Below, one piece after another: positions 12,106 to 23,151 of a stretch of DNA of 64,000 bases (position 1 is the first letter of the stretch; the number at the start of each line of letters is the position of its first letter). The DNA comes from Psammoneis japonica. Its lineage: Eukaryota. The DNA lies in assembly GCA_008632985.1 (NCBI GenBank), contig QPGO01000072.1, positions 62,001-126,000 on the forward strand, read 5' to 3'. Made by a program: the position numbers and the translations under genes. Under the pieces are notes generated by a model that saw only the letters and a program-made list of their open reading frames with translations, had not been told where the DNA came from and searched no databases.

Positions 12106-12529
12106 GGTGGACGTTGCGGTACGGCTGCAAAGTGCGTGTTTTCAGTGTGGCGAAGCTGCGGAAAGCGTGCCAAGCACAAGTTATCGTCGTCGCATGTCGT
12201 CGCTTGTTTCGCGCTCCGATGTCTTTTAGGCTCTTGACCTGACGGTTGACGATGAGCCATGGCGTCTCGTCAAAGCGCATCGGACCACATTAACATTGCA
12301 CTTCCGAATCTGCCTCGCTTAGAGGGAGCATTGTAGAGGCAAGGAAAAGAATCAACGAAGTGGGCTGCTGATTCTGCTGTGGAAGACGAGTGGTGGCGCC
12401 GGACTTTTCAGAAAGAATTCAAGAAGCATCACAAAGACCCGAGAAAACCCACGTGATTGATGCCAATGTTGGCACAAGCATCTTGCAAGCAAAATTGAAG
12501 AAAGTTGCTTCAGAAGAGCATGCGTAATG

Positions 12530-13483
12530 TCAGTGGATTGATGCATGTTTTATACGCAAGAAGCGCAATGACGTCGACACACCCGACATGACAGACTTCC
12601 CGTGCTGTTGTCGCAATGAGTGAAATCTTGTTGTGTTCGGTGCGCAGAGTCTAGTGCTGTTTGTCCGCATGTAGACGAGCACTGTGCACCGCACTTTTGG
12701 AAAGTGCACCACTCCATTCTCTGCAAAGAATGCTTCCATGCGGGCAATGTCCTTCTGTTCCTCGGTGAGGCTGTCTGCCAGCGCCTTTCTCTCCGATTCT
12801 TCCTTCTTTGCTGCCTTTTCGGCCTTCTTTTTCTTCTTTTTCGCTCGAAACTTGCACGTCATTTTGTGAATCTGCCAATGTTGTTTTTGACAGTGTTCGG
12901 AACAATGCGTCACTTCCTGGCAAGGGCAACGCAACTTTCAACGGCTGTGCGGGCAACCAGCTTTCCCATCCATGACGCAAACCTTCTTGCTGACATGGAC
13001 ACCGTTGTTCCATTGCCATTCCTTGGTGATCTCATCAAACTCCTCGTCTCTCAGCACACGTCCAAGTGCATTTCTCTTCCGTTGAAATTGATTGGGGAGC
13101 AAAAAGTCCATCATGCAAATGTCACATTCTTCCTTGGAATGACCAGCGCAGACAATGGTTTCATCCGGCAGTTCCTTCGTTCCTGTCGTCGAAGCATCGC
13201 CCGTGCTGCTCAAGATCTCTCCAGAAAACTTGTCGCGGCAAGGATGACACATGGCCTTGTCTCCCTTGCTCCATTGACAGACATCAAATTCAATTCGTGG
13301 CTTTCGCACATGGCACTTGCCGCAGACGTGGAACTTGGCTTGCGAGTGCTTGGTGCATTCTCCACAGAGGCGGCAGAAAGGATTGGGTTTCTTCCACTGT
13401 TTTGCGGCAAACTCATCCTTGGTGAACTCCTTTTCACACTGAATGCAGGTCTTTGTCCTGGCCTGCTGCTGGTTTGAGCTCAT
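12530..13483 (-). pseudogene. Stc1-like zinc finger plus MYND zinc finger gene, hypermutated
   Basis: KTCIQCEKEFTKDEFAAKQWKK...CRLC; CGKCHVRKPRIEFDVCQWSKG...CHPC; MYND-like CPCQEVTHCSEHCQKQHWQIHKMTC (YCS->HCS). In-frame TGA at 12940-12938, probably from CGA. Confidence 0.7.
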
Positions 13484-13899
13484 GGCAAGTCTGTTGACAT
13501 GCGATGACTCCCATTCTTTGTGTCTGGATCTTGATCCATGCAAAGAAAAGTGTCGATCTTTTGTTGCTCTTGTCCCTTTCATGTGCACCAACTTTTCTCT
13601 TTCCTGCACCAACTGTGCACATTTGTGAGAACAAAAAAACTGCGCGCCGCACTGCATGATGCTGTGTGCCCATGACCTTGAGACAATTCCACGTGGATGT
13701 GTGAATGAACGCCGCAGCCACCCACAGCCTTGAACGGACCGAATGCCAATGGCAATCTTGTTGCAACTCGTCCCCCGCCTGACAAGGCAGCAGCAGCAGC
13801 TGTAATTTTGAGAAAGCGAGCAACATGCACCGTGCTCCAATGGCTGCTGTCCCTCCTCCTGTTGCTCCTGGTGGGGCTGGAGCACCTCTCCAGCAGTTC

Positions 13900-16800
13900 C
13901 AGCAGCAGCACCACCCCCAATGAAGACCTGTCAAGACTCAAGACAGGTGGGTGACCGAGAGGATGGCAATCATTTGGGCGGCCAATGTGCCAACCCACTG
14001 AATCAGTTCTCCACAGCTGGGACAGCTTGCTTGTCCCAAGTGGATTTGTTTGAACACCTCTTGGCCTCCAGCAGCAACGTTGCACACCAAAGGTGCTCTC
14101 CAGCCAGCCTTGGTCTGCCGTCAACAATGGTGGGTGCTGCTGACTGCCAAGTTGCACAACTCCTCCATCACCCCTCTGTGCATGTTCATGACCCAGTGAC
14201 CACATCACCTTGGGATGGTGGGTTGTTCTGTTTCCAAGGCAACACGCACCTGGGAAACTTGCCAACATTCTGAGGTTCCCGGTCGACCCCTTTGGCACCA
14301 TTGTGGGCACTCAAGTCGCACCCACAGCAGCCAAGTGACATGGCCACCTTGGAGGGGGCTTGCTCATGCCTGCACAAACCAATGGTGCTGCCAATGTGAA
14401 AACTGTCCAGGTCCATTGCATGGTGGTGCAAGAAGCACCCCACACCTGCGTGCATCTTGTGCTCAACCGGTGTGACCTCACCCCGTTGCAAGCATGTGGC
14501 AGGAAGGAGCAGCGGGAGCTGTTCATGATGACAGCTGAGCCACCAGAGATGTGGAGCTGCTTGTCAACTGGCTGTGCATCCTTCAGATCTGGCACATTGC
14601 CTTGGCAATCAAGCCACAGCACATTTCCTCCACTGGCAGTGGACACCACAGTGCCATGTGCAACACTGACTGCATGCTGGCATTTTCCAATGTTGTCCCC
14701 AAGCTCTGCATTTGTGGGCCACAACAGTGCAAAAGCAGAGCAGTGCATCTGCTTTGCTTGCATGTTGAAAAAGCGCAAGCACAAGAACCAGATGCAGCTG
14801 CCTGCGTGGCACCCATCATGTCCAAGGAACTCTTTGAGATGGCCTTTCAAGGGAATGTGGCACCCCACATTCACCAACCATGGGTGTTTCTCCCTTTCAC
14901 TGCTTGTGGCTTCTTCATGGGAGACAAGGGGTCCACAATCCAAGTGAGGGCTGAGCAGACCTTGCACCCTCCATTTTGCAGAACAAGAGCAGCTCTGCAC
15001 TGAGGACATGCCTTTGCCAACCACCACCTGCGCCACTCTGTGGCAGCATGTTGCAAGGCATGAGCATTGTCCTTGATGCCATTCAAGGAACCAACATCTG
15101 TGTGCAGTGGTCTGTTGCAACTTCTGCACCAATGACTGGCATGACATTGTTGATTTGCTTTTGAGCAGTCTGGCACCCTGGTGTCCAAAGGGAATGTGTG
15201 CTGCTGCACATCTGCCATGAGATCCAAATCATGATGGGCGTGTGTGTTTGTGCACTCCCACATGTCCTGGAGCATTCAGTGGTGGCTGCCAAGGTGTTGT
15301 GCCATCAGTTTTTGCTGCTCACACACTTGCAGCACCATCCAATTAGCCTGGGCAGCACCAAGACCATGGGTGTGACCCACATGCAGGCAGAGACTGATGG
15401 CAGTGCTGATGGACATGGAGCTCCAGGTGGTGGTCCACAACATGATCCTGGTGCCACCGCAACAAACTCATCACCTGTGCAGACTTGGTTGAATGCTTTC
15501 ACCCTGGCAAAAGTGTGTTTGGCAACCATCAGGTGCTTTGCTTCTAAAACTGCTGACAGTGCCAGAGCCACCATGTGCAAAACTGTGCCTCTCCCACCAC
15601 TCAAAAGGGACATGCTTCTGAGCACTGCAGCACACATCACAGTCTTGCTTGCACTCTGTGAACACACAGACATGAGCACCTTTGTGCACACACACTTGCC
15701 AAACCCACAAGAAGGTGGAGGTGCAGCACCAGCTCCAGCGCTGGCAGCACAGGCCACCTGAGATGTTGGGTGGGTGAGACATTGGACCCACCTGCAGCCC
15801 TCAGCTGCTGATGCACCTGATCCAGGCTGCACCAGCAGCATCCGCTGAGTGACAAACCATGTGAGTTGGCAGCTGAGAATGATGCACTCTTGCAGAAGTT
15901 GGGCTGGACCCAGTTCATGAGTTGCTTTTGCACAGGGAACCTTGTCTGGTGGAATTGGCTGGTGATCTGCCACACCCAGCCACTGGGCCATTGCAAAGCC
16001 TCTGCAACAATGGAGCACCAGTCTCCAATTCAGTGCTGACAACTGGATGACCACCAGCATGATTGAGAAGGCTGTCAACCAAGGCAGCTGTTCATCTGCA
16101 AGAGACCATCTGGGACTCCTTGAAGAAGATGGAATGACCAACATGATCTGCCATTGCTGCTGGGTGGTGCTCCCACATGAGACCGCCAAGCACCTTCCAC
16201 ACCTCCAAATCTCACCCATGGATGTGGTTCCCCACCAATGAGAATGTGGTGACCATGCACCATCGTCTGTCTCAACAATGAAATTGTCAAGCTGCCACCA
16301 CCAAAGCATGCAGTTCAGATGACCACTTGAACAAGTCCTCTGCCAGATCTTCCAAGCAGATCCCACGTTCAGTCTGGCACACATGACAAAGCTCGACCCA
16401 TGTGATGGCTTTTGCCAGGCAGGTTTGTGCCCACATGACATCCCAAAGCTTGGTGTGGCAGCCCCAGTTGGGCCTGGAGAGGATCCTCTTGTCTCACCAA
16501 ACCCAGTGCATCCAATGGCTTGGACCAAAAGCCCACACGGTGGACCTGGCCAATCCCCATGCCAGCCCACCCAGGAAGTGACAGCCTCCACAAAGCAGCA
16601 CCACCATCTGAGAGCATTTGCATTGATGATCCTTGTCTGAACCATCAAGTGCAGACTGCCACCTGGACCAGCTGCCTGATCAACAAACTGTGCACAGCAA
16701 GTGGTGGCGGGGACCACACACTCTGTCCAAGCAACATCACACATTTTCCAGCAAGGAAGCAAAGTGCACCTCAACCATCTCTGGTGGTGCTTGTTCTACA

Positions 16801-17370
16801 TCAACAGCTGGGTGTGCTGACCAAACACCACCAAGGACCAGCCCAGGCATCATGGAGCCATGTCCTTGAACAAGCTCTTCAAGGGCAACAACACCTCGTG
16901 GTCCACGATCAAATCTGTCCTGGAATGGATCATCAACTCCCTTGCTGGCGCCATCTAACTGCTGCCACCACACTGCCAAGAGCGCCTCCTTGTCCATCCT
17001 CAACACCTCCACCAAGTTCCCAAGCAGCATTGGCGGCATTGGCCATTTCAGCTGAAAGGGAGAAGGACAGATGCCACAGCTGCCAACAGCCTCTTGAATG
17101 GGCCAAATGCCAGGCACAGCATTCTTGTTGCAACTCGTCACCACCTGATGAGGACACAGCAGCAGTTGTAATTTTGAACCCCCTCTCTCCCTCCCTGGGC
17201 TGCCTGGCAGCAGTTCTGGGCCAACTGGGGAGTTTGTCACCCCAGCAAAGCCTGAAGCCACCAAAACCGCCACCACATGCTGCAGACAAAGTGGAGCCAA
17301 CTCCCTTGGTGGCATCAGCTCTGCACAGCACCTCCTGCAGCCACATCATTCACCTCTCAGAGAATTGAGT
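13900..17370 (+). mobile_element. Degenerate DIRS/Ngaro-like retrotransposon (gag-like region plus RT), TpA/CpG-depleted
   Basis: RT remnants WVVLPHETAKHLPHLQISPMDVVP, SMQF, ADPTFSLAHMTKLDPCDGFCQ...DIPKLGVAAP...GEDPLV...PMAWTKSP, and ICIDD in place of VYVDD (~16050-16630). Gag-like PHTCVHLVLNRCDLTPLQA at ~14440. Boundaries are approximate and no tyrosine recombinase was confidently seen. Confidence 0.7.
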
Positions 17371-19600
17371 GCATCATCTTTTGTGCATGAATGTCATTCA
17401 ACATTTCACATCCTGTCGCCCATTGCCGCAATGCCCTCACTGTGCTCATGGAAGGTGTTCACAGTTCATTTTTGGGGGGTCAATTTTTCTGGTGCAAATT
17501 TGTCATAGCTCCTGCGACTGTGCTTTGCCGTGCAATGATGATGCACCAAACACATCAACCTGGGACATCACAACATCTCGCATTGCAAACACTCTTCAAG
17601 ACTGTGCATTGCTGCTTTTCTCCATTTGCTGCACGTCGTTCTGCTCACGATTTTTTCTCTGCAATTCCCTGCGGTGGTGGTTTTGGGTCATTGAAACACA
17701 TCAAATGCTTGCTGGTTGTTGCATGAGTCGCCAGCTGTTGTGATGGCACTTTGTTTGCCCAGCAGATTCACTGCAGTTCTCCAGCAATTCAAGAAGAGTT
17801 GTGTTAGACTCAAGCACAGGGGGGCTTTCACCAGAATCTTGAGTCAGCTGGATGACATCATCTTGCAGGGTGTCATTTCCATTGTGCACCAATCACCATT
17901 TTCTGCTGTCTCACATGGACTCAACACTTTCATGTGCATTGTGCACCAGCTGGAGGCTGCTGGCCTGCATTGGACAGAAACTTGCGCATCTCAGATTCAT
18001 CTTTGTCATGCACCGAACCAGATGTAGACTCACACATGCAAGGGACACACAAGAGATGGTCTCCCTCCAAGTCGTCCAGATCTGACTCCTTCATCTGGCA
18101 GAATGGACAGAGTTTGGCTTTGCAATTGTGCACTCATCAACTCCTTCAGCAGCAAGAAATGAGTGAGGTGTCTCTGTGGTGGGCCCATCAACAATGCTTG
18201 CATCTTCATCTGTGCAAATGTCTCCAAATGTTTTTCAAGCATTGGTGGCCACTCATGAACACATCCCGTTTTGGTCTTTTCACAAAGCATTGCACATGCC
18301 AGGCAGGATGGAATCTTTGTTTTTGATGGCACTGCCACTGGCTTTGCTGATCTCAGTTGCCAAAGCCTCATGCAGTTCCAGATCTGGTGGGTTTTGATGC
18401 TTTGCTGGAAGGTCTGCAGCTGCCTTTGGGCCACAACCTGTGACCCCCCCAGGATGCACGTCACAACCGAGCATCAGCGCTGACAACACACATGTCATTG
18501 GATGTTGTGCCCTGCTGAACACTGGGCAATTGGGAATGTGTCCTTTGTTTGTTGGAAGAAATGGGCACCTCTCCAATTTTGGACAGAGCATTTTGCCAAG
18601 AAGATCTGCAACTGGTTTTTGACCCATGTGTGTTCTGAACGAACGAATCTGTTGCTGCTCGAGTCTCATGGCAATTTTGATGTCTTTTGCCATGACATCA
18701 GCAAGTTCTCCATTCAATTTCCCACTTTGGCCAACATGCATGACGAAGTCAGAATTGCCCAAGACAATGAATTGCACATCCCCATCTGCTGTCATCTTCA
18801 CAATCCACGGATCTGCTTGAGTCGGGGCTGTTTCAATGCTGATGTTCCCCTTTCCAGCTGAATCACATTCTTCAACAAATTTTTCCAGCTTTGCAGAGAA
18901 GTCAGGTGGCAGTTGCTGATGCTTTGTGCAGTTCTTAAGACTTCGAATCTTCTTCTACACTCAACTGATTTGGGCAGCATGCTCGATCGTGTTGCACTGT
19001 TGTTGCGCAAGGAGCGACTGCAATTCTGTTCTCACAGCAATGAGCCAAATGCTCTTCTTCTCTGCATCAGCCTGTCTGAAACAAGATGTCCACTTTGATG
19101 GATGCCTGTTTGCTGGGTGGTTGCAGATGACATGCATGTCAATCAAAGACTCGGAGCAGGCACGAGCAATGTGCTGTGCTGCACCATGATCTGGCGCAAA
19201 CATGATGGCCGATCGTGCACGTGTTTGTGGCAAAGAAGGTTGGCATCAATGACTCCTTTTAACCGTCTTTGCTCGGGTTGCTGTGTGGCATCACCGACTT
19301 GTTGCTCAGCAGACATGCCACTTGATGGTTGACAAGACTGCTCCAGTGCCACACGTTCCAATGCATGAGTTCCGACATCGAAAATGGCAGCTCTTCCGTC
19401 TGCCAAGAGCACTTATCTTGACCACTTGTTCCCATTGTTGTGAAAAGAGCTGGAAGATGTTTTGAAGGTGACGCTCGTATTGAAGGTGTCGCTTGCGTTA
19501 ACTGCGTTGCCGAGCCGTTCGTTGACCGTCCAAGTCATTGCAGACCTCAAACCGGTGCGGTGCGATGCACATCATGATGCGACGGATGCGGCATGGCTGT
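17370..19600. mobile_element. Unidentified degenerate coding-like sequence continuing the TpA-depleted block
   Basis: Same dinucleotide signature with fragmented ORFs (e.g. 18280..18801 minus); no recognisable domain. Confidence 0.35.
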
Positions 19601-19794
19601 CTCACTTCAACACGACAAAGTACGTACGTAATTTCTACGTATTTTTTGCATGCCCCCCCACTCTCAAATCTATGATCTATGAACACCTTCCTCTTGCGTT
19701 TTCATTTTTTGTGATGGGCACCGTTAGTTGCCGTCCACATTCCACATCTCCGGTTGCGATGCTGATTGCAAACAGGAGACCAAGAACGGACACG

Positions 19795-21255
19795 ATGCGT
19801 CCCCCGATATGTACAATAATGTGGATGATAGCATTCGGGGCTTGTAATTCGTTTGCTTTTGTCGTTCAACATCAACCACGGTTCACACAACATCACGCAA
19901 CAATATCACGAGGCTCATCATCACATCATATTGCATTCATGTTACCGGAACAATTGTCGATATTATCCATTCACGAGTCTTCGACCAATGCAAATTATTT
20001 TGAACTTCTGTCACATCAGCTTCCATCTGTTTTATTGGGAAGAAGCAACGCCGTGTTGGAGTCGATTCAGTCAGAAGAACGCCCCTTTCAATATCTATTT
20101 ATGCTTCCAACCATGACTTTGGTGGCAACTTGGTACGTGTGTTTTCATCAGGATTGTCTAAAACGCATCCAGACCAGGGCATGCTGTGACGATGGATGAT
20201 TCAGATTCAAGAAAAAGTGCTAGACTATTGCATCTTACCCATTTCCGAGCAACGACGAGGGATCAGTGTTGATTCTTATCCGTGTCGACATTGTCCTCTT
20301 CCAACCCACCTATGTTGCTTTACGTGTCATTCTTTCTTATCACAGCTGTCAATTAGCTGGTATTGGTGGTGCGGCATTGCTGTCGCCCATCTTTTTATTG
20401 ATTTTCCCCGTGTTGGGTCCGTCCTATCCGTTGCCAACCGCGGCATCTGCTATTGCATCTGCCCTCTTGACGGAAGTCTTTGGATTTGCCTCTGGCCTAA
20501 GTGGCTACGCACGTCGAGGTTTGGTAGATTGGACCGTGGCGTTACAATTCATGGTACTGAGTGTCCCCAGCGCCCTTGCCGGAGCCGTTTGTGCCTCGAC
20601 GGTAGCATCCAATCCAACCTTGTTGCGTGGTGTGTACTCGTTGCTCATGCTGGGCCTATCGTATTATCTAATTACAAGTGAACCTCCAGACAAAATTGCC
20701 TTGTTGGAAGATGAATGTAATGTACAAGATATTGAGAACGCTAGTAGTTTGCGTCAATTGACGGCATCCGATGGGACGGAGTTTACGTACTTGCCACAGC
20801 CACAGGGCGATATCAAGGGCAGCAGTGTCACATTGGCCGGAAGTGCCTTGACGGGCCTCTTGGGTGTGGGAGTGGGTGAAGTGATTTTACCACAATTGGT
20901 ACGAAAGTGTTGCATGCCACTACCCGTGGCTGCGGGAACGTCTGTGGCTATTGTCGTGGTGACAGCCTTGACGGCAGCGCTCGTTCAATTCTTGAGTTTG
21001 GCATCGCAGGTTGTCGGAGACACGTTGTCACCGGCGTTTGATTCTAATTATATTGGAGCGGTATGGAATGGACTGATTCAGGTTGTTCCGTGGAGTCTTG
21101 TTCAATACACGGTTCCTGGGGCTTTGATTGGCGGTCAATTGGCCCCGTACTTGGCGAGTCGACAAGTGTTTTCCGACGAAACTATTGAGACTTTTACAGC
21201 AACCCTCTTTGGTATAGTCGGGATTGCATTTGGAATAAAGTTTCTAGTTGGATAA
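19795..21255 (+). CDS. TauE/SafE (sulfite exporter-like) membrane protein with an N-terminal targeting extension (exons 19795-20132, 20346-21255)
   Basis: Spliced VATCCQLAGIGGAALLSP, second repeat GLLGVGVGEVILP, and AAGTS. Multiple TM segments; GTACGT...CACAG intron. Confidence 0.82.
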
Positions 21256-21317
21256 ACAAAGAAAAAACGCAAATAAAAAGATCTTAAACACAAAGTTGTT
21301 TCTCTAGAGTATAGTAT

Positions 21318-22364
21318 CTATAGTTTTGAAATGTAAAGGGCATTCGTCCCTGATTGAAAGCCCACGGGGTGCTTGGTTTCGACAAACATGGGCTGGTCTT
21401 GTGACGCTGCTGCAATCATGGCGTCGTTGAGTTCCTTGTAGAGTGGAGATATTTGCCACGCCTCTTGTGACGCATACTCCTCCATGGGCATCCACGCCAC
21501 CTCTGCAATTTCCTCGGCTTGAGCTACGTGTGCATCATGATGATCGTCATTCTCCAGCTCCAACAAGCAAACAAAAAACAAGTCGGACACACCATTGAAT
21601 CGATGCGCTTGTCGAAAGGCTAGAATGCCCTTGAAGGTTGCCTTGAGTCCCGTTTCTTCGTGCAATTCCCGAATGGCCGCTTGTGCAATGTCTTCTCCCA
21701 TGTCGGCGAGTCCCGTTGGCATTTTCCAAAGCTTCTTGGCCGCCGCCGGACCCGTCTTTTCTTGTACCACCAGCATTTTCTTCTTGTCATGTGGATGGAC
21801 TACCATGGCACCGATGCCAACTTGATGCGACGGTCCGTTCGGTAATCGATTCTCAATATGTGTTGGTAGCCACTGTCTCAACACAACACGTCCCGGCCGA
21901 GCTGCGTGATAATCAAAACCCAAATCGACACATGTAGGGATCAAGTATGAAAACTCGGTCGGCACATGAATCCAAATTCCCTTTCGACCTTCCGCTTTCC
22001 AAATCTCCAATGCTTTTGATAAGGCTTCTAGAAAAAGTGTTGGATCCATGGTGTGCTCTGGCAAAAGCTCATCCACCTTGATTGTAACGCCATTGTAGTG
22101 ATCGTAGTGTAGCACGTCTTGTGAAAAGGGCATGACGTTAATTTCCTCATCTTGTAATGACTCCTCATCGCAATAGGCTGGAGACATTGTCGAATGTGAA
22201 TAATTGGTTGCTCCAGCCGCCAATGCCAGTGCAGTCGATGTCGTAGTAGTAGCAAAGACGCCGCATCGAGGTGACCGCGAGACAAACGACACGGCTCGTG
22301 TCGAAAATGCTGCAGCAAAGCCCGAGCGGAGAACCGATGATAGAAAAAGCGATACGGTTCTCAT
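21318..22364 (-). CDS. Nudix hydrolase (NUDT6/plant NUDT2-like) with an organelle-targeting N-terminus
   Basis: Nudix box GLADMGEDIAQAAIRELHEETGL; pre-Nudix WKAEGRKGIW; HQVGIGA; FRQAH...SDLFF. Confidence 0.9.
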   Translation of the reverse strand: MRTVSLFLSSVLRSGFAAAFSTRAVSFVSRSPRCGVFATTTTSTALALAAGATNYSHSTMSPAYCDEESLQDEEINVMPFSQDVLHYDHYNGVTIKVDELLPEHTMDPTLFLEALSKALEIWKAEGRKGIWIHVPTEFSYLIPTCVDLGFDYHAARPGRVVLRQWLPTHIENRLPNGPSHQVGIGAMVVHPHDKKKMLVVQEKTGPAAAKKLWKMPTGLADMGEDIAQAAIRELHEETGLKATFKGILAFRQAHRFNGVSDLFFVCLLELENDDHHDAHVAQAEEIAEVAWMPMEEYASQEAWQISPLYKELNDAMIAAASQDQPMFVETKHPVGFQSGTNALYISKL

Positions 22365-22519
22365 GGTTTCTTTAGCTCTCTAGTCGTTTCTTTCGATTAT
22401 ATGCAGTATGGATGGCAAACGGCGACATCTCCAATCTCCAACGACATCACCTCGTCGTTGTTCTCGACAGATGCAATGAGAAAGAAAGACGTGGGCAAAA
22501 TTTGACGCCGATAAAAAGG

Positions 22520-22527
22520 TGACGTCA
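22520..22527. promoter_or_regulatory. CRE-like TGACGTCA palindrome upstream of the Nudix gene
   Basis: Perfect palindrome about 155 bp upstream of the ATG. Confidence 0.3.
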
Positions 22528-23151
22528 TTTCCCGCGCGCGATCGCGATTACATAGGCCTACATACTGTATGACTGCGCATCCTTTCGCTCTATGGAATAA
22601 AGGCGAATGAACCTTTTTGAAATGAAAAAATTGAACGAAAAACGGGCAAGTTGGGAACAATAGAAACACAAAGGTTACTCTAGAGGGTGATGATTAAATC
22701 TGAACACTTCACTAAAGTGTGCTGAAAACATCTGGACGAGTGCCGGCCACACTCAACCCGGCGTCGTCGTCGTAATAGTGTGTGTGTGTGTGGCTCTGCT
22801 TGATTGCGTAGTGATCTCTCTATTCTCACGCAACAACTGGTCCAATGTACTTGAAACAGTGTCCACCACAACAATAGATAACCTCTTCAAACCAAAAGAG
22901 ACCTCATGAGGCAAACAATCACAGACAAAACGGATCCACCATTTCCCCTCACACACAACATGATGATTCAACTTCTGTATACCGCGTATTATTTTCAGCC
23001 CCGCTCCCTCTCGTCACCTTGTATCAACTTCGCGAGGCGATGATTTGTGTGGCACAGAAACGTGTTGCTTTCAAAAAAAGTCAGAATAGCTGTCATCTGT
23101 GCTACTCTTTGCTTGGGTGAGATGGCAAAGTCCAGAGCCTAACCGCATACG

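Noticed and set aside
13400..19450. Many long overlapping Cys/His/Gln/Trp-rich ORFs on both strands (also at 3.5-6.5 and 52.8-53.9 kb)
   Set aside because: They are a by-product of TpA loss, which removes TAA and TAG stops; they are not genes.
3300..19600. Fungal-type RIP, or contaminant DNA, as the cause of the compositional blocks
   Set aside because: RIP enriches TpA, the opposite of what is seen. The blocks grade into flanking sequence without gaps and contain diatom-type elements.
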